DNA of 64,000 nucleotides from Macrostomum hystrix (taxonomy: Eukaryota; Animalia; Platyhelminthes), in contig CATNEN010000025.1 in assembly GCA_950097015.1 (NCBI GenBank), forward strand, positions 2,480,001-2,544,000, written 5' to 3'. Each line of letters starts with the position of its first letter. Position 1 is the first letter of the stretch. Below the pieces are notes generated by a model that had not been told where the DNA came from, made no database searches, and was given only the letters and a program-made list of their open reading frames with translations. Shown here piece by piece: positions 24,113 through 36,350 of the stretch. The position numbers and the translations under genes were made by a program.

Positions 24113-27100
24113 TCAATTGCACCTTGGTCGCTTCCGTTCGGGACCGAGTGCCGACGCCGGCGCGAAAGACATCGGCAACATCGGCGGCAGTAGCGACATC
24201 GGCATCGACGCCTGCGGCGGTGACTCCAAGTCGAGACGACTCCGCTTCCAGGAGCAATTCAACGGCTGGTTCCAGCACTGCAGCGGCGGCGGCGGCGCCG
24301 GTGGCGGCGGCACCTGCGGCGGTAGCGGCCTCCGTTCATCATCCTTGGCTGCGCTGTCTTCGATGTCAGAGCCCGTATCAACCACGTCTAGCCAGCTGTC
24401 GTCGTCTTCTGCGTTGACGCCGGTGCCACCGCCACCGCCGCTGCCGCTGCCACCGCGCCCGTCGCAGCCGAGATTCATTGGCGAGTCGGCCGATTCTGGC
24501 CTGCCGTGAAGTCTGCAATTGCGGAAGTCAACGATCTGAGTGTCATGGTGACCACCCACGGCTGGACACAATTCAATATGCAACCCGTTCAGACAGACAA
24601 GTTAGCGAGGCTCTAGTGATTGACACAAGCCAGATTGGTGCAGCTACAATTGAGGTATCATGCGGGCTCCCAGCTTGACATGCCTGCAACCTGTCCCCTT
24701 GTCCCCCCAAGCAGCGGAGGTGGTTGAAGGGGATCAGCATTGATGCTTGAGGATGTTTTGGGAGGAGCTGATATGAATTGGCTGACTATGTGACAGGGTG
24801 ATTTCCAGCAGCATAGCGATTGTCTATATAGCTATTTTATGCCTGTGTAGATAAAAAAAATTGGGAGAGAGACACGACCAGACAACTGGGACTGTGACGT
24901 GTGGCCTCGCAGCTTCACATAATTATTAATTTACTTCGGTATAAGGGGTGGTTTTGGCGCGAACTAGAGTCACAATAGACACTTGGCTGGCCAATACACC
25001 ACCAGCAGTTGCATGATATAGATAGAGCTGCTGCACCCACAGAGACAGGTAAGTGAATTGATGGACAGGTGCAACCCCCTCTCAGACAGTGTATAAGCAT
25101 AGATGTATAAGGACTGCAGCCACATGACCAGTCAGTCAATTGGGCCTGGGTCAGTGAGGATGTAGAGACTTGGATTGCCCAATCCTGCACTATGGCATAT
25201 CCAGCCTGAAAAAATGATTCCCCGACAGGTTCATAGCAGGAAGCCGTTCTGCTATTCTTCAAATATCTAACTAGTTTCAACTATCTTTTTTGACTGCTAT
25301 ATAGAGATCAATGATATTTCTATTTTATTTCTAATGACATAGAAAGAATAAGTATCCTACAGTTGAGCCTGATAATTTTATAGGCGCAATTATATATATA
25401 TATCAGGAGTGGGCAAACTTATTTGCTGGCGGGCCAAAGAGAGAGCCTAAAAGACGACAGCGGGCCGCATTGACTGTATAAATATGAGATAGGGGAGAGA
25501 TGAGACACGGGAGAGATGAGACACGGGAGAGATTAGACACGGGAGAGATTAGACAGGGAAGAGACTAGACACGAAAGAGATTAGACACGGGAGAAATTAG
25601 ACACGGGAGAGATTAGACACGGGAGAGATTAGACACGGGAGAGATTAGACACGGGAGAGATTAGACACGGGAGAGATTAGATACGGGAGAAATTAGACAC
25701 GGGAGAGACTAGACACGGGAGAGATTAGACACGGGAGAGATAAGACAGGGAATAGATTAGATACGAGAGCGATGAGACACGGGAGAGACTAGACACGGGA
25801 GAGATTAGATACGGGAGAGATTAGATACGGGAGAAATTAGACACGGGAGAGATTAGATACGGGAGAAATTAGACACGGGAGAGACTAGACACGGGAGAGA
25901 TTAGATACGAGAGCGATGAGACACGGGAGAGACTAGACACGGGAGAGATTAGATACGAGAGCGATGAGACACGAGAGAGATGAAACAGGACACTGTAGAT
26001 GTCAGAAGGGGCAACGGGCCGGATTTGGGAGCTTCGAGGGCCGCATCTGGCCCGCGGGCCGGAGTTTGCCGACCCCTGATATATATAAAAGACAATGGGT
26101 TTTGACTTCGCATTTAAGTGGATGGGAGCTTCAAGGGAGGGGGACGACAGGTGATCATGCATGCCATATTAGAGCCGTTCCACTGGAAACTAAAACTCAT
26201 TTATTATTATTATTTTATTATTTTATGCGAGTCTTTTATCTAACAGCCATTCGCGACTGCAGCAATGATAATATTAATTATCAGACCGCAGAATTATTCT
26301 ACTCTAATTTTTCCTTTCCTTCTTTTCGCAAACTATTTAGACGTGACAAACTTTGATTCCAGAGTAGAAAATAGAAATCTGCGGCGCGCTTCTTTAAACA
26401 AATAAATACATTGCTCTTCTTTACAAAATATAAGTAATTAACTCGCGTCTACTTGAGTTGGCTCAAGTGTGCAGGGTTGCTGGGGCAGAGACGAAAATGA
26501 ATCGACACTTGAGGTGCGACAGATTGAAGATGAGGTGGGTCACCACTGCCGCTGCTGCTGCTGACACCGCTCATGCTGAGCAATGCAAAGTCAAGGCGCT
26601 TGCAGACAGGTAGAAAAAAATGATTCAATGAAAAGAAAATAATTTAAAAGATATGCATTAGATAAAAGATAAAAACGCATGCGCATAATTAGAGAATATA
26701 TGCCTAAATGTGAGAAGTATGCTCATACTCGTAGTGTCAAACATATAGTGCCTCGCCTGCAGGTATTTACGCAAATCAGTTTATTCGGCTTCCTAATCGT
26801 TTGCTTATTTTATTGGATTAATTAAATAGAATTAAATAGTGATACTTGGCCGAATGGTTGGCATATATGATTATTTTAGTCTATCTTATTTTAGTTTTAC
26901 TCTATCTAATAGAGTTAGCCATTTTAAGTATAGAGCTAATTGGCAAGGAAAAGCCCGTGAATAGTCGAATGAACAGGTAACAGACAGTCTAATGAACAGG
27001 TAATGGACAGTCTAATGAACAGGTAATAGACAGTCTAATGAAGAGGCAATAGACAGTCTAATGAACAGGTAATAGACAGTCTAATGAACTGGTAATAGAC

Positions 27101-28031
27101 AGTCTAATAAAGAGGTAATAGACAGTCTAATGAACTGGTAATAGACAGTCTAATGAAGAGGTAATAGACAGTCTAATGAACTGGTAATAGACAGTCTAAT
27201 GAAGAGGCAATAGACAGTCTAATGAACTGGTAATAGACAGTCTACTGAAGAGGTAATAGAAAGTCTAATGAACAGGTAATAGAGTATAATGAACAGGCAT
27301 AAACAGTTTACCAACCTGCTCTTTGCCGCAGCGGCTCTGTCCCTCTGTCGCCGATTCTTGAACCAGTTGCCCACCTGAGTTGGTGTCAGCCCTGTAGCGG
27401 CTGCGAGCTCTCGCTTCTTGGCCGGGTTGGGGTACGGGTCCTGCAGGTACCACTCGCGCAGCAGGCCCCTAGTTCGCTCCTTGAAGCAGTGAGTCTTCTG
27501 CTCGCCATCCCAGATGGTCCTTGGCATCGGGTACTTCTTGCGCACCCGGTACTTGTCCACCGGGCCGAGCGGACGGCCTCGGAGTTTCTCGGCCTCCAAA
27601 TAGTGCGCCTCCAGCCAGAGAGTCTGCAGTTTGGCGTGCGATGCCTTGCCAAAATGGTGCAGCTCCATGAGCTGGTACATCTCCCGATAGTTGCCAGCGT
27701 GGAAGGCCACAACGGCGCGGGCTCGAACCACTGACTCCTGGCGGCTGAGGGCCTCCCACAGCACCGGACTAGCCGGCAGGGACCAGAGGAAGCGAGCCAG
27801 CCGATCAATGTCGCCAGACTCCTCCAGCGTCTGGCAGACTCGGCCAACCTGTTCGGCGCCGAAGAATTGAAACGCTGGCAGCGGCGGCAGCGGCGGTGGC
27901 GGCGGCGGCGGCGGCGGCAGCTGGTCGCGCCCGTCATCCGCCTGTTGCAGCTGCAGGTGCCGATGTGTCAGCGCCAGTGATGGAACCGATGGAAACGCTG
28001 CGAATGCTGATAGGCCGAGATTCAGTGCCAT
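24113..28031 (-). CDS. Six3/6: Six3/6 (Optix) homeobox transcription factor, 2 exons, about 371 aa
   Basis: Exon 1 28031-27316 has the SIX domain ([26 protein letters not shown]) and a homeodomain with the Six3/6-diagnostic QKTH and [15 protein letters not shown]. Phase-2 intron AG|gttggt...ttgcag|A at the conserved KxR|L position. Exon 2 24512-24113. Confidence 0.95.
25404..26078. mobile_element. Non-autonomous hAT (Charlie-like) MITE containing a 16-bp minisatellite, in the Six3/6 intron
   Basis: TIRs CAGGAGTGGGCAAACT / AGTTTGCCGACCCCTG, subterminal GGCCCGCGGGCC, 8-bp TSD ATATATAT on both sides (25396-25403, 26079-26086). Confidence 0.85.
26965..27295. repeat. 23-bp minisatellite (TAATAGACAGTCTAATGAACAGG) next to the Six3/6 donor site
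   Basis: About 14 units beginning about 20 bp into the intron. Confidence 0.93.
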
Positions 28032-28190
28032 TGAATCAGTTCTCAAGATATCAGCGTGAACTAATCTATCAGGACTTAGTTGCCTAATCTAATAAGCGCG
28101 GCTCCTTTGTCTGCACAAGAGGGGCGGATGATCCACAAATCTATGCCTATTGAGGAGTCTGTCGGGTGGGGTGGCTGGTCTAGACGCTGG

Positions 28191-28266
28191 CCAATGATAG
28201 CTGGCCTAGGGGTCGGATTGGCTAGGCATTGGATAGGCAGCTGAATGGAGTGCCTGCCGCTATTGG
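28191..28266 (-). promoter_or_regulatory. Cluster of four CCAAT boxes upstream of Six3/6
   Basis: CCAAT at 28191 and ATTGG at 28217, 28228 and 28262, 160-235 bp upstream of the ATG at 28031. Confidence 0.4.
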
Positions 28267-28429
28267 AGAGCCAGATTTCAGCTATGCCGGTGCGTAGGAT
28301 GGGCGAAGTACAAGTGGACAACAACTCCTTTAACATTAGAAGCTTTTATTTGCATATGAGAAGGAAATGAGCCTTAGGTAAATCAAAAAGAAGTGTACGG
28401 GAGGGAATAAAGAATCAGGACTGAGCGTT

Positions 28430-28900
28430 AGAGACAGGTAGGATAGACAGATAGATAGAGACAGGTAAGATAGACAGATAGATAGAGACAGGTAGGATAG
28501 ACAGATAGATAGAGACAGGTAGGATAGACAGATAGATAGAGACAGGTAGGATAGACAGATAGATAGAGACAGGTAGGATAGACAGATAGATAGAGACAGG
28601 TAGGATAGAGCGATAGAGACAGGTAGGATAGAGCGATAGAGACAGGTAGGATAGAGCGATAGAGACAGGTAGGATAGAGCGATAGAGACAGGTAGGATAG
28701 AGCGATAGAGACAGGTAGGATAGAGCGATAGAGACAGGTAGGATAGAGCGATAGAGACAGGTAGGATAGAGCGATAGAGACATGTAAAGCATAGAGCGAT
28801 AGAGACAGGTAGGATAGAGTGATGGTGACAGGTAGGATAGATAGAGACAGGTAGGATAGAGCGATAGAGCCAGCTAGGATAGAGCGATAGAGACATGTAA
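28430..28900. repeat. 27-bp and 23-bp related minisatellites (GACAGGTAGGATAGAGCGATAGA family)
   Basis: A 27-bp block followed by a 23-bp block. Confidence 0.93.
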
Positions 28901-29664
28901 AGGATAGAGCGAGGCAGGTAGAAAAGCTGCGGTATGTTATAGCATGATCTATTCAATCAGCTAACCGCAATTAACTTTACATTGCAGTCATTACACCCAA
29001 AAAACAAGCCTCTAAATAGAAAATGGCCCAATATAGAAAAATATGGACTAAAATGACAATGAGCAATTGACTCTCATTGATACAAGATGAATTTGCGCTG
29101 TGCTTAACACCTCTCTGTGAATGGCTTGGCATTTGACTTGTTAAGCATTTAGAATCCTGCATGCAGTTGCAGCTGAGACCGGAAACAGGAAACTGTCCGC
29201 GTAGCCTCGTAGGGAGCTGAGAGGGCAAGGAGAGATTAGAGGAGGGGGTTGGCCAGCAGATACTCAAAGGCGCCGTGATGTCGGGTGCGTCGCAAACGCC
29301 TGACACCAAAGCTGACTAAAGCATCATCATATTATATGATGATGGCATGCAGCGGTTGATGTCAAGTGCTGGGGAGTTGTCAATCGGATTTTGGGAAGCC
29401 AACTGCAGGGTGGGTGGAGCCGGCTCTGACAGTGTGAGAGAGAGAGAATGGGAGACAAGAGAATAGTCTTCAATTAAACGCGCGTATTGACGCACACACA
29501 CGCACACACAAATGGAACATGCAGCTATAGAGATACGTTTAATAATTTCAGAAACAAGAAATATAAAGCCTCCATCTACCCTCTATCTCCCTCCCTCCGC
29601 TTCTGCCCTCTTTCTCCTCTCATACCTTAAATCTCCCTCTCCCGTTTTTCATTCCTGAAAAAAT

Positions 29665-30740
29665 CATCTCTCCCCTGTCTCATCTCTCCCCTGTCTCATC
29701 TCTCCCCTGTCTCATCTCTCCCCTGTCTCATCTCTCCCCTGTCTCATCTCTCCCCTGTCTCATCTCTCCCCTGTCTCATCTCTCCCCTGTCTCATCTCTC
29801 CACTGTCTCATCTCTCCCCTGTCTCATCTCTCCACTGTCTCATCTCTCCCCTGTCTCATCTCTCCCCTGTCTCATCTCTCCCTGTCTCATCTCTCCACTG
29901 TCTCATCTCTCCCCTGTCTCATCTCTCCACTGTCTCATCTCTCCCCTGTCTCATCTCTCCTGTGACAGGATAGAGTGATAGAAACAGGTAGGATAGAGCA
30001 CTAGAGGAGGTTTATGTCAAGTGCTGGGGAGTTGTTAATCGGATTTTGGGAAGCCGAAAAAGACACAAGAACATCATAAAAGTGTCATAAAAGTGTTTCT
30101 ATCACTCTATCCTGTCACAGGAGAGATGAGACAGGGGAGAGATGAGACAGTGGAGAGATGAGACAGGGGAGAGATGAGACAGTGGAGAGATGAGACAGGG
30201 AGAGATAGAGACAGGTAGGATAGAGCGATAGAGACAGGTAGGATAGAGCGATAGAGACAGGTAGGATAGAGCGATAGAGACAGGTAGGATAGAGCGATAG
30301 AGACAGGTAGGATAGAGCGATAGAGACAGGTAGGATAGAGCGATAGAGACAGGTAGGATAGAGCGATAGAGACAGGTAGGATAGAGCGATAGAGACAGGT
30401 AGGATAGAGCGATAGAGACAGGTAGGATAGAGCGGGTGCGTCGGGTGCGTCGCAAACGCCGACACCAAAGCTGACTAAAGCATCATCATATTATATGATG
30501 ATGGCATGCAGCGGTTTATGTCAAGTGCTGGGAAGTTGTTAATCGGATTTTGGGAAGCCGAAGACGACACAAGAACATCATAAAAGTGTCATCTCTCCTG
30601 TGTCTCATCTCTCCCCTGTCTCATCTCTCCTCTGTCTCATCTCTCCCCTGTCTCCTCTCTCCCCTGTCTCATCGCTCTACACCTATCTCATCTCTCCATT
30701 GTCTAGTCTCTCCCCTGTCTCTACTCTCCACTGTCTCACG
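29665..30740. repeat. Mosaic of 16-bp (TCTCATCTCTCCCCTG, both orientations) and 23-bp minisatellites with duplicated unique DNA
   Basis: 16-mer at 29665-29960, its inverse at 30120-30200, 23-mer at 30200-30432, degenerate 16-mer at 30590-30740. Confidence 0.9.
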
Positions 30741-31499
30741 TATCTATAAGTTTGCCAATAATTGCTGCTTTTAAATTCTGTGCCACTGAAAGCCGAACAG
30801 ATAACTTAATGAAGAAAGCAGCCATTCCTGATGGAAGGAAGCCGTGTCACCGCTTTTGTCACCTGTCAGTCTATAATGCAATTCAGTTGACTTACTGCCG
30901 CCAGCGACTAAATAGCGAGAAGAACTAAAAAGCCACTTTATAAGTAAGCTGAAACCAAACAGCTTCACTCGCTCCCATCCTGCCAATTGCTTTCACTTTT
31001 TTTAAAGGCTGAATTATCCGACAGTGGAGCTGATTGTCCCTGCCGATAGGAACAGTTGCACTCGATGTGCTGCCCATGCAGCTTCTTGTGAAGCCTTCAA
31101 CTATAACTGCCTCCGAATTGGATGCTCTACGCGGATTCACCGGTGAAAGGCGAAGATTAACTTCCCATTTCTGCACAATCTTGATCAAGATTGTATACCA
31201 GCGAGTGTTGGGATCAAAGTGTGTTAGCCCTGCTGACTGGGCCTCGCATATGTATATTGATCGTGTCTATTATATGGGCTATACATTTGCATCCTTCAGT
31301 GGAAGCTGAGAAAGTTATCGCTTTATCATTGCCTACAATAACGATTCCCAGGTGAATAGGCATAAGGGGATCTGTTGCACCTCTGCTTCACCGTATCCAA
31401 TTCTTGCCTCTTTATGTCAATCTTTATTTTTTTAGTAGCAGCAAAACTGACCAGCCAGTTTAACGTTGGTACTAACCAGCTGAATGGGATATTTCAGAG

Positions 31500-31690
31500 G
31501 AAGACTGAGAGGTAGAGAAGTAGACTGGGAGGTATAAAAGTAGACTGGGAGGTAGAGATGTAGACTGGGAGGTTGATAAGTAGACTGGGAGGTAGAAAAG
31601 TAGACTGGGAGGTAGAAAAGTAGACTGGAAGGTAGAAAAGTAGACTGGGAGGTAGAAAAGTAGACTGGGAGGTTGAGAAGTAGAGTCAGA
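31500..31690. repeat. 20-bp minisatellite (GTAGACTGGGAGGTAGAAAA)
   Basis: About 9 units. Confidence 0.9.
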
Positions 31691-32699
31691 TGAAGAGAAG
31701 TAGAGGATGAGACAGGAAACTTAGATCTTATGTTTCCTATTCTCATCATAAAATACCTTTTTTAATATTTCCTTACTTTCGAATTTCATCCTGCTTTGAA
31801 AGCAACGTTCATTTTTATCAGAGATTTTAACGAAGCTTTTTAAGTCGCTTAATTGGCTCTGAGATTTGCTTTGTTCGCGCGGAGCATATCCGTTTTTTAA
31901 TTTGATAAAAATCTCAATTAGTCGCTCAGTTGGTTTTTTAGACTGCGCCAGCAACAGTCATGGAAATGAATCCGGAATGTTTGCGCCAGTGAAACTAAAA
32001 TAACTAGATTGACAGATGACATGAAAGTCCCCCCAGAGCAGACAGACACCCTCGCGACAATCATTTAAGGCTCCAAATTGTCAAAATTGGTCCATCAAAG
32101 CAAATGAAACTGGCAGAAAATTTTGTTTTAATAAACTCGGATTGTTTATAACAAATTGCAATGTTTGATCCGGGATATAGTTTTTTTTCAAATGGATTTG
32201 GATTAAAAAATGAAAAGCTAAAATTCATGCCCGAAATGTGAATTTGGCAATTTTCTAATTGCTTTGATGCGGGGGAATGGGTAGGTAACTGCAATCACTT
32301 GAATTAATTTAACAATTCCGATAACAACAGATTGATTATAATTGCTATTCCACCCGGTGTCCTCACCGGCGGTTTGAGTATGGCTTGTCTGAATGGGATA
32401 ATATTCCCCATGGGAGCGTTTTATCGACTGAATGAGTGAAATGTTGTTATTTCTTTTATGAAAAGGAAAATTGTCTAAACAGAAGACGGAAAAATGTTAA
32501 TATCATCTCCGCAATGATACAGTCTTGATATTAGGAAACAGAAAATATGATGACGATTGCAGATGTTGAGAAAATTTGAAATAGTCAGCATTGGGATAGG
32601 CATTAAGCGTTCTGAATTGAAAATATAAAATATTTACCGTTCGGGAAATCTGATTATCCTAATAGGATTCCAAGATTGAAGCTTCAGGGATAGAAAATT

Positions 32700-33300
32700 C
32701 AAGAACTGAGGATTGAGGATTCTGTGATTGAGGATTCTGGGATTGAGGATTCTGAGATTGAGGATTCTGGGATTGAGGATTCTGGGATTGAGGATTCTGG
32801 GATTGAGGATTCTGTGATTGAGAATTCTTTGACTGAGGATTTTGGGATTGAGGATTTTGGGATTGAGGATTCTGGGATTGAGGATTCTGAGATTAAGGAT
32901 TCTGGGATTGAGGATTCTGTGATTGAGGATTCTGGGATTGAGGGTTCTGGGATTGAGGATTCTGAGATTGAGGATTCTGTGATTGAGGTTTCTGGGATTG
33001 AGGATTCTGGGATTGAGAATTATTTGACTGAGGATTCTAAGATTAAGGATTCTGGGATTGATGACTTGAGATGGGGGATCGAGGATAGATTATCCTTTGA
33101 TTGAGGATTTTAGGATTGAGGATTATGGGATTTATGATTCTGGGATTGACGACTCAGACCTCAGTGATTAAGGAGTCTAACGACGAACACTCAGGACTGA
33201 GGATTCGGTGAGTGAGGATTTAGGAATGAGGATTCTAAGGATTGAAGGATTCGGCGATGCACGATTTCGGGATTTAGGTTTCTGGGATTGATAATTAGCA
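32700..33300. repeat. 15-bp minisatellite (GATTGAGGATTCTGG), decaying toward the 3' end
   Basis: Tandem repeats. Confidence 0.92.
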
Positions 33301-34219
33301 ATCGATGTTTTTTGGAATGAGTATCTTTTATGTTAAGAATTCGTAGAAAGGGGATTTTAACATTGGGGATACAGAGATAGAGGATTTTGTAGATGGCTAT
33401 ATGTTTAGTGTATCAACCGATTGACTGAATAGAAAAAGTTTGATAGTGAGAATTCACACCGAATATTCAGAACTGCTAAAATTTTATCCCACTCGAACCG
33501 CGCCCCTTTCCCACTTAAAGGGCCGCCTGTGGTAAGAAAAATATTTTTCCTACAAAATCTGATCAACTTGCCCCCGCACAATGACTTTTCATCCTGCAAC
33601 GAAAACTCCCACCCGCACAGATAATGGGATTGGAATCTGTTATGCAATTAATATTGGGAATCAGAAACCTAGGTCCATTGACACCTGATAAGGCAGTGGC
33701 CGACTCGCCCGAATACCTTAAACAATAGCAGCTCCCAATCCGGTGTTTACTACACACTTAGCTTCTCCCTGGGGGCTTAAAATATACTGAACGAATTGCT
33801 TCTAGCAATCAAAACTGACTTTCCTCTAGCTCAAATTACAGATAGCAGAAAACTTTTCATCCAGTATTGATCAGCCGGCGAAGATCTGTTTGGCTCTTGG
33901 AAAAATATACTAAATAATCTTTGCTTGGCCAAGACTTCAGATAACTTCAGATATTGATAATAGACTTATACTGGACTTCCTAACACCCCCTGTAGTGGCT
34001 TATCGAAATTCAAAGTCAATATCAAGTAATGGTGATGTCACATTTTCATATACGAGCTATCTCTATAGTTTATTTTTGCAATTATGATATTATATCAGAA
34101 TGATAAGTTCCACTATTGGTGCTTGATTTAATGTATCTTTTATTCGCTTTTATTCCAGTCTCCGATTGTACGCAGTCTCTGATAGCTGCGGCTGCGCTCC
34201 GTCAACTGCATCAGACGGA

Positions 34220-34462
34220 GGTAGTAGGCTTGTGGCTGGAGCGTCGAACTTACGACTTGAAGGTCGGGGGTTCGATTCCTGACTCCATTGGAGCAATTTG
34301 TGTCCTTCCTTAGCAAGACACTTAACTCTGCATTGCTTCAGTTCACCCAGCTGTTAAATGGGTACCAACAAAAGCTGGAATAATTGGGGGTGGGTGTGGC
34401 GTCCCCCCAGTCCATGGACTGAACAGCTGTACGCAGCTTTCAGATGCGCCGCGGAAGAACCG
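34220..34462 (+). mobile_element. tRNA-derived SINE family A (CORE-like central domain)
   Basis: tRNA head with B-box GGTTCGATTCC, central TGTGTCCTT..AGCAAGACACTTAACTCTG..GCTTCAGTTCACCCAGCTGTTAAATGGG, 3' palindrome CAGTCCATGGACTG. Homologous to the copies at 53.8 and 55.9 kb. Confidence 0.8.
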
Positions 34463-35259
34463 AGAGAGAGATTTGAGCAGACAAAAGCTCAAAATCTGTG
34501 CTTTCATAATTATTTTTCTCTCTAACATGGATCTTTGTCAATTATATCCATCTATTTGCAACATTTTCTTGACAATTGTCGCATTCTCTCTCATTCAATT
34601 ATTTTCAAGTGATATTGGCTGGAAGGATTCTGTAGCAGGCAATGATTTAAGTGCTCAAGGCATCTCAACAGCTCCTCGGTTTAGCAAAAATCCTTTGTAA
34701 GAACAACAGGATCTGCTAGCCTACAGGCCTATTAAGAAGATTGACGTTTGTCATGGATTAGCGAAGGATACAGTTGAGAAGAGATTAACACGATTAGCGA
34801 TCTGGGAATCGTCACAATGGCAAGATCCGAAGCTTTCACACTAATGGAAGCTCGGAGACAGCCGTGTAATTTATCCCCTTATCTATAGCTCCTCCCCTAC
34901 CCCCGCCTGAGGCGAAATCCCACTGCAGGACTCGAAATCCCATTTCGGTGCCAAACTAAATCCAAATTTGGGGCTAGTAAAGAGAAGGAAAAGGCGTCAA
35001 GAGGATTATTGTTACCGAGTGGTGACGGGAGGAAGTGCTGAGGGAGCCCATTTGACAGCCATTTGCGGCTTTCGTGCGGTCCGGTATCGAATGTCGCTAC
35101 CGACGCTTGGAGGCTTTCTCATTCCTTATCCCCGAATGCTTGAGTAATCCAGCAGGTCATGTGTTGACGAGAATGCCAGTGAGTGCATAAGATTCACTTC
35201 AGTGTCAGTAGGTCAGTATCCAGTGCAACTCCATTTCGGAAACAATTCTTCAAATGGAC

Positions 35260-35612
35260 TCAGCTTTCTTTTCTTGCTCTCAGTCTACTTCTCTTGCTCT
35301 CAGTCTACTTCTCTTGCTCTCAGTCTACTTCTCTTGCTCTCAGTCTACTTCTCTTGGTCTCAGTCTACTTCTCTTGCTCTCAGTCTACTTCTCTTGGTCT
35401 CAGTCGACTTCTCTTGGTCTCAGTCTACTTCTCTTGCTCTCAGTCGACTTCTCTTGGTCTCAGTCTACTTCTCTTGGTCTCAGTCTACTTCTCTTGGTCT
35501 CAGTCTACTTCTCTTGGTCTCAGTCTACTTCTCTTGGTCTCAGTCGACTTCTCTTGGTCTCAGTCTACTTCTCTTGGTCTCAGTCTACTTCTCTTGGTCT
35601 CAGTCTACTTCT
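35260..35612. repeat. 20-bp minisatellite (CTCAGTCTACTTCTCTTGGT)
   Basis: About 17 units. Confidence 0.95.
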
Positions 35613-35659
35613 GCTCACTCTACTTCATACAGCATGAAAAATCTTACAGTATAACCAAC

Positions 35660-36350
35660 CCTACAGCATGACTGATCTAACAGCATGACCAATCTTACAG
35701 CATGAACAATCTTACAGCATAAGAAAGCTTACAGCATGACCGATCTAACAGCATGACCAATCTTACAGCATGAACAATCTTACAGCATAAGAAAGCTTAC
35801 AGCATGACCAATCTAACAGCATGACCAGTCTTACAGCATGATCGTTCTTACAGAATGACCAATCTTACAGCATGAGAAAGCTTACAGCATGACCGATCTT
35901 ACAGCATGACCAATCTTACAGCATGACCGATCTTACAGCATGACCGATCTTACAGCATGACCAGTCTTACAGCATGACCAATCTTACAGCATGACCAATC
36001 ATGCAACATGACCAATCTAACAACATGACCAACCCTACAGGATGACTGATCTAACAGCATGACCAATCTTACAACATGACCAATCTAACAACATGACCAA
36101 TCTAACAGCATGACCAATTTAACAGCATGACCAATCTAACAGCATGACCAATCTAACAGCATGACCAATCTAACAGCATGACCAATCTAACAGCATGGCC
36201 AATCTTACAGCATGAGAAAGCTTACAGCATGACCAATCTTACAGCATGGCCAATCTTACAGCATGAGAAAGCTTACAGCATGATCGATCTTACAGAATGA
36301 CCAATCTTACAGCATGAGAAAGCTTACAGCATGATCGATCTTACAGCAAA
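35660..36350. repeat. 17-bp minisatellite (CAGCATGACCAATCTTA)
   Basis: About 40 units. Confidence 0.95.

Noticed and set aside
24800-25280. AGYAIV and YIDNRYA peptides resembling LTR-retrotransposon RNase H
   Set aside because: The motif spacing is about 120 codons, far longer than expected, and the catalytic Asp motif is absent; a tblastn/HMM search would be needed.
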